DNA of 64,000 nt from Chitinivibrionales bacterium. GTDB lineage: Bacteria > Fibrobacterota > Chitinivibrionia > Chitinivibrionales > WJKA01. The position numbers and the translations under genes were made by a program. The stretch spans positions 59,504-123,503 of the forward strand of contig JBBRUX010000005.1 of assembly GCA_038247415.1 (NCBI GenBank). The letters run 5' to 3'. The notes beneath the pieces were generated by a model. The model saw only the letters and a program-made list of their open reading frames with translations, did not search any database and had not been told where the DNA came from. Below, piece by piece: positions 29,410-38,690 of the stretch; position 1 is the first letter of the stretch; each line of letters begins with the position of its first letter.

Positions 29410-29724
29410 ATGTCAAAAGATATGTCCAAACTTCTCAAACAAGCCCAAAAAATGCAATCCGATATGATGAAGAAGCAGGAAGAACTTGCTGCACAGCACA
29501 TCACAGGCACCGCGGGCGGCAATATGGTTTCGGTTACCCTCAGTGGAGGCGGTGATTTAATAGGTATTAAGCTCGATCCTGAAGTTGTTGACAAAGACGA
29601 TGTTGAAATGCTCGAGGATTTGATCGTTGCAGCGTTTCAAAACGCATCAGAAAAGGTTAAAGAAATGAGCAGCGCCACATTTGGAGCATTATCTTCTGGC
29701 CTTAAAATTCCTGGTCTCATGTAA
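29410..29724 (+). CDS. ybaB: YbaB/EbfC nucleoid-associated protein
   Basis: KQAQKMQ, GTAGGNMVSV, DVEMLEDLIVAA; GGAGG SD; dnaX-ybaB-recR synteny. Confidence 0.95.
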   Translation: MSKDMSKLLKQAQKMQSDMMKKQEELAAQHITGTAGGNMVSVTLSGGGDLIGIKLDPEVVDKDDVEMLEDLIVAAFQNASEKVKEMSSATFGALSSGLKIPGLM

Positions 29725-29725
29725 C

Positions 29726-30322
29726 ATGTTAAGCGTTCTTGAAAATGCTATAACCGCCCTTTCTGGGTTACCCACAATTGGTAAGAAGAGTGCGTTTCGA
29801 TTAGCACTCTTTCTTATAGAACAACCCGAAGAAAAAGTGCGAGAACTCGCACATGCGCTTCTGGCACTTTCACACGACATTCGTCATTGTAAAGAATGCT
29901 TTAATTTAAGCGATAGCGACCTTTGTTCGGTGTGTACTTCAACCACCCGAGACACAAAGGTGTTGTGTGTGGTAGAAAAACCACAAGATGTGATCACCCT
30001 CGAAAGCGCAGGACGGCACCGTGGTTTGTATCATGTTCTTGGTGGAGTACTCTCCCCTATCAACGGCATTACCGCTGATAAACTTCATATTAAAGAACTT
30101 CTCGATCGGATTCACAAACTGTCGCCTCAAGAAATTATTTTTGGGCTCTCTGGGAGCGCCGACGCAGATACTACCGAACACTACATAGCAAGACTATTGC
30201 GCTCTATGCCACTCATTCGCATTACTCGGCTCGCTCGAGGGCTTCCAGCAGGTATGGAGCTCGAATACGCAGATCAAATGACTCTGAGCGCAGCCTTAAC
30301 TCAGCGGGTTGAATTTACGTAA
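29726..30322 (+). CDS. recR: Recombination mediator RecR
   Basis: LPTIGKKSAFRLA, CKEC...CSVC, YHVLGGVLSP, RLARGLPAGMELEYAD. Confidence 0.96.
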   Translation: MLSVLENAITALSGLPTIGKKSAFRLALFLIEQPEEKVRELAHALLALSHDIRHCKECFNLSDSDLCSVCTSTTRDTKVLCVVEKPQDVITLESAGRHRGLYHVLGGVLSPINGITADKLHIKELLDRIHKLSPQEIIFGLSGSADADTTEHYIARLLRSMPLIRITRLARGLPAGMELEYADQMTLSAALTQRVEFT

Positions 30323-30331
30323 AGGAATATC

Positions 30332-30841
30332 ATGAATACACTTATTTTTTGGATACGCAAAACGTTTGCCTCAATGCTTTTTACCGGCTTCTTCCCTATT
30401 GCCTCTGGTACCGTAGGTTCGGCCCTTACCATTGGAATGATTTACGCAGCACACCAACGATTTCCTCAGGTTTTTAATCCCCAGTATACAGTCTGGCATT
30501 GGGTATTTCTTATTGTTGCTATTGGCATTAGTATTTTTCTCTCTTCGGATGCACACCGTATTTTTGGCTCCGAAGACCCATCTCCTGTGATTATAGACGA
30601 GTGGGCAGGTCAGCTCGTTACGTTTTTTCTAATACCAATATCGGTCCCTACACTCGTCTTGGGTTTTGTCCTTTTTCGTTTTTTTGATATTGTCAAGCCA
30701 TTCCCTGCTCATACCGTAGAATCGATCGAAGGGGGTGTGGGAATTACCCTCGATGATGTTATTGCAGGTGTGTACGCAAATATTTCCCTTATGGCAATGC
30801 TTGCTGGGTATCATTATGTACACAATCTTATTACACAATAA
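30332..30841 (+). CDS. pgpA: Phosphatidylglycerophosphatase A
   Basis: ASGTVGS, DPSPVIIDEWAG, FRFFDIVKP, GITLDDVIAG. Confidence 0.93.
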   Translation: MNTLIFWIRKTFASMLFTGFFPIASGTVGSALTIGMIYAAHQRFPQVFNPQYTVWHWVFLIVAIGISIFLSSDAHRIFGSEDPSPVIIDEWAGQLVTFFLIPISVPTLVLGFVLFRFFDIVKPFPAHTVESIEGGVGITLDDVIAGVYANISLMAMLAGYHYVHNLITQ

Positions 30842-30874
30842 CACTACAACGAATCACCTTTGTAAGGAATTTTA

Positions 30875-31768
30875 ATGACAAAACAAGATCCGATAATTAT
30901 TGGATGCGACCATGCCGGATACGAGCTCAAAGAACACATAAAGCGAACCCTTACCCAGCTCAAAATAATATTTAAGGATATTGGAGCTTTTACCAAGGAA
31001 CCCTCGGATTATTCTATTTACATCTCCGAAGTAGCCTCTGCGGTATCATCAGGTGAATTTACACGAGGGATAGCAATCGACGGAATGGGTATGGGGGCAA
31101 GCATGGTTGCCAATCGTTTTCCACGTGTTTACGCATCGCACTGCCTCAACTCAGATATGGCCCAGGTTGCCCGATCACATAACAATTCAAATATTCTTGT
31201 CATGGGCGGGCGCATTACATCTCCGTGGTATGCGGATCAAATACTCAAGCAATGGCTTGAAATGAAATTCGAAGGCGGAAGACATGCTAAACGTCTTTCT
31301 CTTATTGACGATAATACAAAGCTACAAATTGCCCTCAACCACCTCGATTCTATCGAGCCCAAAGACTTCTCTGCGGCAGGGGTCGATGAACAGCTTTTCC
31401 ACAAGGCAACCAAAGGTATCGAGCGCCTCAAGCAGCTCTTTACAGCCGATAGAAGAATGACCCATGAAACACGACTGCCCGAATCGTGTCCATCGTCTTT
31501 TTTCCACAATGGCATGCGCTACGAAGCGCTCATGGTCGACTTATCGGAGAGTGGGGCACAATTCCAGCTCGATACAGGCTCACACAAAATCAGCTTAGTG
31601 TCAGACGAAGAGCTGGAATTTTCTATTAAGACTCCCTATGGTCACTCAACCTGCAAAGGCAAAGTAGTGTGGGTAGATCGATCATTCTACTTAACATGGG
31701 GAATAAAATTTACCGAGCTCTCACCCGATAAGAACGACCCTCTTAAAAGTCTCATGGATTCGATGTAA
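30875..31768 (+). CDS. rpiB: Ribose-5-phosphate isomerase B family domain fused to a C-terminal PilZ domain
   Basis: GCDHAG, RSHNNSN, FEGGRHAKR; C-terminal DRRMTHETR...MVDLSESGA...GKVVWV...WGIKF. Confidence 0.85.
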   Translation: MTKQDPIIIGCDHAGYELKEHIKRTLTQLKIIFKDIGAFTKEPSDYSIYISEVASAVSSGEFTRGIAIDGMGMGASMVANRFPRVYASHCLNSDMAQVARSHNNSNILVMGGRITSPWYADQILKQWLEMKFEGGRHAKRLSLIDDNTKLQIALNHLDSIEPKDFSAAGVDEQLFHKATKGIERLKQLFTADRRMTHETRLPESCPSSFFHNGMRYEALMVDLSESGAQFQLDTGSHKISLVSDEELEFSIKTPYGHSTCKGKVVWVDRSFYLTWGIKFTELSPDKNDPLKSLMDSM

Positions 31769-32259
31769 TGTTTTCTGAGGAAATACTACTGTTGCGCGGG
31801 CGCCTTGCAGCCGAGCTTACATCTCAAAAATTTACTATTGCAACAGCAGAATCTTGCACCGGAGGTTTGATTGGTGCTATCCTGACCCATGCGGGAGGAG
31901 CTTCTGTATTTTTTAAAGGCGGGATAATAGCTTATGATAATAGTATTAAAGAAACCATTCTGTCTGTCCCAAAAGAAATTCTCGTAACGTATGGTGCAGT
32001 TTCCCCACAAACCGTAGTATCCATGGCCCTGGGCGCAACGAAACTACTTCAAACAGATTGTGCAATTGCGGTATCGGGAATTGCAGGTCCTGACGGAGGA
32101 ACTTTACAAAAACCAATTGGTACTGTTTGCATTGCAGTTTTGTGCCCACGACATTCGATTGAGCAACCATTCCTGTTTGAAGGGGATCGGGAATCGATAC
32201 GACTTCAAACAGCAATCAAAGCATTTACTATGATGCATTCTATTCTGCGTCTTGCCTAA
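31768..32259 (+). CDS. cinA: CinA C-terminal domain protein (NMN deamidase, PncC-like)
   Basis: ATAESCTGGL, GAVS, SGIAGPDGGTLQKPIGTV. Confidence 0.92.
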   Translation: MFSEEILLLRGRLAAELTSQKFTIATAESCTGGLIGAILTHAGGASVFFKGGIIAYDNSIKETILSVPKEILVTYGAVSPQTVVSMALGATKLLQTDCAIAVSGIAGPDGGTLQKPIGTVCIAVLCPRHSIEQPFLFEGDRESIRLQTAIKAFTMMHSILRLA

Positions 32260-32331
32260 AATAAATATAAAAACTAAATTAAATTACCCTTAAATATAGA
32301 AATTATTTTAAGTAAATTTTGAACCAGGGAA

Positions 32332-32547
32332 CTCTGCGAACGGCTCAAAACCGTACCCTGAGCGGAGCCGAAGGGTCTCGTGTCAAGCGCGTAAGGGAGG
32401 ACGGGATGTGCTGGGGAAAACGGCAGTGACACCCCCTCAGTGCAAAAAGACTCAGGCGCTTTGCGCCGCAAGGATTTTTGTACCGGCTTGCGAAGCAAGA
32501 GCATGGAGGAGGCCCGACGGCGAAGCCGGTACGCCCAAATTCTTGCT
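32332..32547 (+). repeat. GC-rich intergenic REP/MITE-like element, copy 1
   Basis: Shares CTCTGCGAAC.GCTCAAA.CCG.ACCCTGAGCGGAGC and GCCCGACGGCGAAGCCG.TACGCCC.AATTCTTGCT with the 35807-35930 region; contains REP-like CCCTGAGCGGAGCCGAAGGG (32356-32375). Confidence 0.8.
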
Positions 32548-32561
32548 CAATATCTCCAAGA

Positions 32562-33005
32562 CTAACGATTCAAAAAAATAATCAGCCCCAACCCCGATGT
32601 AAATGTTCCAAAAACGGTTGGATCGAAATCGAGCTTATATCCCACATGTCCATACAGTTTTAATTGAGGAACAATCTCATATTGTAAGCCATAATAATTT
32701 CTAAAACTAAAGCGAGCATCAACATGATCAGCAAAATTTAGTGCTGGTGAAAACCCGATGTAATGCTCTAAATTCGTAGCAATAGTTCCAAAAATAAAAT
32801 TATTTTCTAATTCTATCGACATATCATAGTCTCCATCTTTACGTATGCTCATTCCCACCTGTGGTCGCATTTCGTATACTGGACCAAAACGGATATCCGC
32901 ACCAACAGTCGGATGCTCGCCAACAGAAAAAAGAAGGCCGAAATCTGCTGCTAGCACTGTGCTGGCAAAAGTTACTACTGCTGCCAAAAGATACACAAAT
33001 TTCAT
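32562..33005 (-). CDS. Small secreted protein, probable outer-membrane beta-barrel
   Basis: Signal peptide, alternating amphipathic strands, C-terminal GLGLIIF; AGAGGAG SD. Confidence 0.65.
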   Translation of the reverse strand: MKFVYLLAAVVTFASTVLAADFGLLFSVGEHPTVGADIRFGPVYEMRPQVGMSIRKDGDYDMSIELENNFIFGTIATNLEHYIGFSPALNFADHVDARFSFRNYYGLQYEIVPQLKLYGHVGYKLDFDPTVFGTFTSGLGLIIFLNR

Positions 33006-33086
33006 AAAAACTCCTCTAATAAATTAGTAGATCCATATAATAATAATATAGATTAATCCCAAACCTGAGGGGGACTTCAAGAAAGC

Positions 33087-33524
33087 CTATGCAATAGTAT
33101 CACTCCACAACTGCCGAACCAAATCTAATATGATATGTTTTTGATCTTGGGCTATTGGGTATTTAGGTGAATTGTATGCAGTGGTGTCGCGATTTTCTAT
33201 TACAAGCACTTTTGCATTGCCACTCAACGAATGAGTGTGCCACCCAGACATCTTGACATTATACATTTTCCCAGGCACCATGTCAATTGCGTGAATTGCC
33301 TTAGGGGAAGTATCTCCTTCTGCAAGGAAAAGTATGCATCTTCCGGATAGGAGAACAAATACTTCATCTGTTTCCAAATGCCTCTGAAACGTAGTAAGGT
33401 TTTCGGGCAAAAGTTCGTCGATAAAATTTAAAACCGCAACGCGCCAGGCACCAAAGTCTACAACAGGCTTATACCCTGCGCCGTTATACTCGCTAATTTC
33501 AAGTAACGATTCTGGAATTGACAT
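33087..33524 (-). CDS. Cupin-like hypothetical protein
   Basis: RHLETDEVFVLLSG and YNVKMSGWHTH cupin-type motifs. Confidence 0.7.
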   Translation of the reverse strand: MSIPESLLEISEYNGAGYKPVVDFGAWRVAVLNFIDELLPENLTTFQRHLETDEVFVLLSGRCILFLAEGDTSPKAIHAIDMVPGKMYNVKMSGWHTHSLSGNAKVLVIENRDTTAYNSPKYPIAQDQKHIILDLVRQLWSDTIA

Positions 33525-33612
33525 ACACTCATCCTTTTCGCGTCATTTAGAGTAACCCTTATCCTTTACGACCAACTATACCCAAAAGTAATTTAAAAGA
33601 AATTGAAAAACC

Positions 33613-34707
33613 TTATGGAGTTACAGGTTTTTCAATTTCTAATCTGTGCAGTAGTTTCCCCCCCGGAGTGTAAAATTGCGTATTGTTAAACAGGTCTGTC
33701 CTCGATACGACTACTATATTCTTGGTATTATTATAAAGGACTCTTTTGCTTAGAACAGCTCTCCGATCTACTTTTTTACCTTGCTGGATAGCTGCCGCAG
33801 AAATGTAATCATAAGCGCACGACCCTTCAAGAATGGTTGAAAACGACCCAACCTGTGGATATCGCCACGCTTTTCCAGCGCCATCTATAAACGAAAAATA
33901 ATACGTTCTGCATAGCGTAAACTTATCGGTCAAAACCTGATAGCTGCCAGAAGCAGATTTTCCGAGTGTGCGCGTAAGTGGTAAACTAACCCCATTGATT
34001 ACTACCAAAGCTTGCTGTGGTGCTTTACCTGATGCATCAAAGTAGGCAGCCATAAACGTTGTTTTATTGGCATCGATAAAAAAATGAGACCCTGCAATAA
34101 TGGGAAACGGTGCATACGGGCTTGACCCACCACCAAAATCATGAACCCAAAAATAGGAGTATTGTACTTTTCCAGAATCGTAACCTGCACCAAGCTCATG
34201 ATATGCACTGCTCATGATATTTTTACGATGCCCATCAGTGCCCGAACCATCGGCTGCTGGAGGATTGCCATCCATCACCCACTGTTTCATGGTAGCAAGA
34301 GGACTAGAATTTCCAGAAGCAATATTTTCTGCCAAATTTCCGCTTTGTGTATAATACGAATTGATTCTGACAAATGCATCGGTTCCATTGCAGGAATTAT
34401 GTTGTAGTCCGCACTTGGATGCCATGTCAGTTGCATGCGCCCGAGAAGATCTGTTAAGATCGATATTCCAGTAAACGGGCCCCACAGCCGGGTACACCGA
34501 TGGCTGCAATATTGTGGTATACGCAGCACCTACATAGGCATTGCGATATCCAACCGGATCGAATCGACACGCGTTAGTCAATACAATTAAGCTTCTCTCG
34601 TGCCAATTAGGATACCCTGGATACGCAGCAGGGGGATCCCCATATCCAGCGTTCGAATATGTAACCCCGAGAACTAAAAGTGCAAAAAGCAAACAGTATC
34701 GACTCAT
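33613..34707 (-). CDS. Secreted CAP/SCP domain protein
   Basis: Signal peptide from ATG 34707 (AAGGAG SD); SRAHATDM, HNSC, AENIASG, GHRKNIM, ELGAG. Confidence 0.85.
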   Translation of the reverse strand: MSRYCLLFALLVLGVTYSNAGYGDPPAAYPGYPNWHERSLIVLTNACRFDPVGYRNAYVGAAYTTILQPSVYPAVGPVYWNIDLNRSSRAHATDMASKCGLQHNSCNGTDAFVRINSYYTQSGNLAENIASGNSSPLATMKQWVMDGNPPAADGSGTDGHRKNIMSSAYHELGAGYDSGKVQYSYFWVHDFGGGSSPYAPFPIIAGSHFFIDANKTTFMAAYFDASGKAPQQALVVINGVSLPLTRTLGKSASGSYQVLTDKFTLCRTYYFSFIDGAGKAWRYPQVGSFSTILEGSCAYDYISAAAIQQGKKVDRRAVLSKRVLYNNTKNIVVVSRTDLFNNTQFYTPGGKLLHRLEIEKPVTP

Positions 34708-34852
34708 GGTAAGCTCCTTGAATACCTTAATTATTGACTGTCCGAAAACACTTGTAACACCCCGTTGAAAGGAGTCGAAACAAGCTTCATTATCAAAAGA
34801 TACCTTGTGCAATTTCGGTATCCAAGAAAAACTCTCCAGAGCTACGCGCGAA

Positions 34853-35545
34853 TTATTTATTCTTTTTAGCAATCATGAACAAATTTGCATGGAACATAAC
34901 CTGTGCTTTAGCGAGCTTGTAATTAAACGGAAAAAATATTTTAAGCAGTGCACTCCCCCGCTTGACCAATTGATCTAAAAACCATCCTGGAATAAAATCG
35001 AAATGGGCATAAAAATGTTTCTTGTGTATAACGGCAAAATCCGAATCACTCAACATTGTCTCAAAGCGATAGGGTGTTACAATAAAGGCATGGGTATAAT
35101 CTATCCAGAAATCCATGCCCCATGAGTTAAAATCGGGAAAAAGAAAAACCGCTACACCCCCAGGCTTTAAAACCCGATGAATTTCTTTTAGTAAATCATA
35201 TGCTTTTTCGTGATTGGGCATATGCTCAAAAACATGACTTAACACAATACAATCGGCACTCTTATCATCTTGGATTATAGGCGGAACAAAGCCCAAATAC
35301 CCTTCGGCTCCTAATTTTTTTGCATTTTCTAAAATCAATTCGTTATTATCGAAGCACACATAGCTATGCCCATTTTCAAGACACCACCGTGTAAAATCTC
35401 CCTGCCCCGGGCCAACTTCAACAATGCGACTCGCTTTGGGAATTACCTTTGCAATAGCTCCATTTACTCTTGTTCGCAGGATAGAATTGGTCAATCGCCC
35501 TAAAGCCGTAGGCTTTTTGGTCATAAAAAAATCATATTTGCTCAT
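34853..35545 (-). CDS. Class I SAM-dependent methyltransferase
   Basis: IVEVGPGQG, SHVFEH, HRVLKPGG, DYTH. Confidence 0.85.
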   Translation of the reverse strand: MSKYDFFMTKKPTALGRLTNSILRTRVNGAIAKVIPKASRIVEVGPGQGDFTRWCLENGHSYVCFDNNELILENAKKLGAEGYLGFVPPIIQDDKSADCIVLSHVFEHMPNHEKAYDLLKEIHRVLKPGGVAVFLFPDFNSWGMDFWIDYTHAFIVTPYRFETMLSDSDFAVIHKKHFYAHFDFIPGWFLDQLVKRGSALLKIFFPFNYKLAKAQVMFHANLFMIAKKNK

Positions 35546-35733
35546 AAATCAATCTCCAACTAAATAAACTTTCCTAGAACCTAATTAAAATAATACGTGT
35601 AGCCTCCCTTTGGTTATTGCCTTATTAACCCACAAGAGAATTATGATTTGGGCGTTTAAGATTTAAATCTGGCGGTTGTTTCTGAATTTGGGGGGGGGGG
35701 GAATACTTAATAAATCTTAATAATCTTGAATCT

Positions 35734-35930
35734 GGGCACCACGGTTGCCACCGTCGGCCCCTCTCCGCTACCGTAATTGTAAAACTCCTTGTTCGCTTCT
35801 ACTCGGCTCTGCGAACCGCTCAAATCCGAACCCTGAGCGGAGCGCCGCATTGAGCGTCGTCGAAATGTCGAAGGGTTTCCCCCCGCTTCTGAGTGCCCGA
35901 CGGCGAAGCCGATACGCCCCAATTCTTGCT
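35734..35930 (+). repeat. GC-rich intergenic REP/MITE-like element, copy 2 (imperfect terminal inverted repeats, nested REP)
   Basis: Left end GGGCACCACGGTTGCCACCGTCGGCC is an imperfect inverse of right end GCCCGACGGCGAAGCCGATACGCCC; the REP core is interrupted by CATTGAGCGTCGTCGAAATG. Confidence 0.75.
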
Positions 35931-35992
35931 TTATTATTCTTGATTAAAGCAAATCCAAAATGCCGAGATCCTTATCCTTTTTTTTATCTTTT

Positions 35993-37054
35993 TTATATGC
36001 TTTTCCTCCTCGCATGAGGCGAATCCCCATACTGATTATACGCAATTGTTCTCCCTACCGACATAATGCGCCCACCGATACAGCTACTGCATTGAGTTGC
36101 GGTTTCATCGAGGCATGGTTTTCCATCGTATAATTGATAATTAGTACGTACATCGGTAGGAGTTACTTGCGGCATAATGACATTTGCACCATAGCGCAAA
36201 CCATCTTCACGTCCATTGGGATTCATTGCTTGCAATGCGGTAGTTGCCGCAATATTGACATCTTCTAAATAAAGTCTGGTTACAGCAATCATGTTTAAGG
36301 CAAGCTGATAAATGTAATCTTTTTGACTATCGATAAGCGGGCCATAATGGCTCATTGGTGTGGCATGATGCACAATGAATGGTCCCATTCCAATCATGTC
36401 AATATCGAGTATTTTAAAAAAGAGGATATCATCAGCAAGCATCTCAATAGTCTGATGAGGTAAACCAATCATGACGCCGGTTCCCACCTGAAAACCGATT
36501 TTTTTAAGCGTATTAAGACATTCGATGCGTTCTGCAAGCAGTTGCGAGGGCGGATGAATAGATTCAAAGAGAGTCGGGTTTGTTGTCTCTATACGTAACA
36601 AATAGCGATGTGCGCCCGCATCAAAAAAACGTTGATACGATTCCTGCGATTGCTCGCCCACGCATACGGTTATCCCAAGACCGCCGGGAAGTTTTTCTGA
36701 CACCGTGGAGCTTTTAATTACCATTATGACACTCTCAACAAAATTTATAAATGCACTATCTTTTCGTTCGCCCGATTGCAAAACGAGCGAGCCATAGCCT
36801 AGTTCTGCACACACTTTTGCAGCACGTACTATCTCTTCAAGAGTTAAGGTATACCGGCTCTGAACCTCGGTATTCTTGCCAATTCCACAATACAGGCAAT
36901 CGTTGACACATACATTGCTAAATTCTATAAGACCCCTCATGCTTACTGCTTTTCCGCAGTGGGCAAGCACCATTTCTTCTGCTTTTTTTCGCATATCCTC
37001 GATTGCACTAGGATTTTGCAAACTCAGCATCTGTATGATCTCGTGTCGAGTCAT
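35993..37054 (-). CDS. hydE: [FeFe]-hydrogenase H-cluster radical SAM maturase HydE
   Basis: RGLIEFSNVCVNDCLYC, YLLRIET, GANVIMP, YQLYDGK, C-terminal CX7CX2C. Confidence 0.95.
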   Translation of the reverse strand: MTRHEIIQMLSLQNPSAIEDMRKKAEEMVLAHCGKAVSMRGLIEFSNVCVNDCLYCGIGKNTEVQSRYTLTLEEIVRAAKVCAELGYGSLVLQSGERKDSAFINFVESVIMVIKSSTVSEKLPGGLGITVCVGEQSQESYQRFFDAGAHRYLLRIETTNPTLFESIHPPSQLLAERIECLNTLKKIGFQVGTGVMIGLPHQTIEMLADDILFFKILDIDMIGMGPFIVHHATPMSHYGPLIDSQKDYIYQLALNMIAVTRLYLEDVNIAATTALQAMNPNGREDGLRYGANVIMPQVTPTDVRTNYQLYDGKPCLDETATQCSSCIGGRIMSVGRTIAYNQYGDSPHARRKSI

Positions 37055-37146
37055 GTGTTTATCCTTATTCTTAAAAACGTTCCCCTTTGCAGAGAAAACT
37101 CGGAACTCATTTCATCGTTTAACAAGTGTGCAAAAGATACTCTCTA

Positions 37147-38646
37147 CTAGAAATACAAATCCCGTGCGCCTAAACGTGTTTCCTCGTAATTCTTGAAAAA
37201 AGCATCGTACACCTTAGGATTTTTTTCTTTAACCTGGGCAATTTCCATGGCAAGAATCTTTTCGCCAATTTCTTTTGTTTTGGGTGATGCAAAGTCATCG
37301 AGCCATTCCCGAAAGGTAAGGACTGCATTGAGTTTGCAAAATTTGCCTTCTTGGCCAGAACGCAGGAGATCCATAATACATTGGCCTGTTCTGCCACAGC
37401 GGTATCCTGCAGTGCAAAACGATGTAATATAACCGAGTGTTGCCAACTCGTAAACAACATCATCGAGACTTCGGGTATCACCTAAAGTAAACTGTTGTTT
37501 TTCAACATGCTGGTCGGTACCACGCGGACTTTCGGCATATGCACCCACGCCAATTTTAGAAGATGCATCTGTTTGGGTAATACCCAAAGGAAGTAAGCTC
37601 GTGCGCATTTCAGCGCATTCCCGAGCTGTCAGAATCATACCGGTATAAGGCACTGCAAGCCGAATTACGGTTATTGCTTTACGAAATTCTGCATCGGAAA
37701 CAAGCCACGGCGAATTGCTTGCAAAGGGGGTGCTCTCTGCGGGTTCCATGCGCGGAAATGAAATAGTATGCGGCCCGATGCCTAAAACCGATTCAAGCTC
37801 AATAGCATGGGACAGAAGCCCCAAAACTTCAAAACGCCAATTATACAAGCCGAATAACGCACCAATGCCCACATCATCGATACCAGCTTCCATAGCTCTA
37901 TGCATTGCATATAAACGCCATTGATAATTACCTTTAATAGTATTTGCTGGGTGCACTTTGGAATATGTTGCATGATGATAGGTTTCTTGAAATACCTGAA
38001 AGGTTCCAAGCCCGGCTGTATTAAGCTTTTTAAGGTCGGCAACAGAGAGAGGCGCTGCATTCACATTGACACGTCGTATTTGTCCAAAGTTCTTGCCCAC
38101 GGGGACCTTTACATCGTAGATGGCTTTAATTGTATCAACCATGTAGTCGATATCAGAATCGGGGTGTTCCCCATACACAACAATAAGCCTCTTATGCCCC
38201 GTTACACCTGCAAGTGATTCAACTTCTGCCTTTACCTGATCCAGAGATAATCGAGAACGATCGACAGCTTTATTCTCGTGCCGCAAACCACAATAGGCAC
38301 AATTATTAACGCAGTCGTTACTCAAATAAAGCGGAGCAAAGGTTACGATACGATTATCATACACTTTTTTCTTGATTTGGCCGGCAGCGACTTCCATTTC
38401 TGCAATAAGATCGGGGTCGGTAACTGCCATAAGGGTTGCAGTTTCTTCGTGAGACAGCGTTGCAATAGTCAATGACTTTGCAATAATTTCTCGTACGCGT
38501 ACAGCAGAAGTATCGTGATGTGCTACCAAAAGCGCTTCAAGTTTGGCATCATCAATAAAATCGATACCATTTTTAAGATACTTGTCAATCTCATCCTGCT
38601 TGATTTTAAGATTCTTATACTCTGCAAACCCATTTTCTTGTGCCAT
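37147..38646 (-). CDS. hydG: [FeFe]-hydrogenase H-cluster radical SAM maturase HydG
   Basis: FAPLYLSNDCVNNCAYC, FQETYH, GPHTISFPR, C-terminal CX5CX19C, RDLYF end. Confidence 0.96.
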   Translation of the reverse strand: MAQENGFAEYKNLKIKQDEIDKYLKNGIDFIDDAKLEALLVAHHDTSAVRVREIIAKSLTIATLSHEETATLMAVTDPDLIAEMEVAAGQIKKKVYDNRIVTFAPLYLSNDCVNNCAYCGLRHENKAVDRSRLSLDQVKAEVESLAGVTGHKRLIVVYGEHPDSDIDYMVDTIKAIYDVKVPVGKNFGQIRRVNVNAAPLSVADLKKLNTAGLGTFQVFQETYHHATYSKVHPANTIKGNYQWRLYAMHRAMEAGIDDVGIGALFGLYNWRFEVLGLLSHAIELESVLGIGPHTISFPRMEPAESTPFASNSPWLVSDAEFRKAITVIRLAVPYTGMILTARECAEMRTSLLPLGITQTDASSKIGVGAYAESPRGTDQHVEKQQFTLGDTRSLDDVVYELATLGYITSFCTAGYRCGRTGQCIMDLLRSGQEGKFCKLNAVLTFREWLDDFASPKTKEIGEKILAMEIAQVKEKNPKVYDAFFKNYEETRLGARDLYF

Positions 38647-38690
38647 ACATTCTCCTTGTTATTAAAGCTTAATTTTTAGAAATTTCTTGA

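Noticed and set aside
32274..32504. 76-aa ORF (and ORFs 35707-35922, 35745-36017)
   Set aside because: Translations of the REP/MITE-like repeats (for example PFGSAQG); not credible genes.
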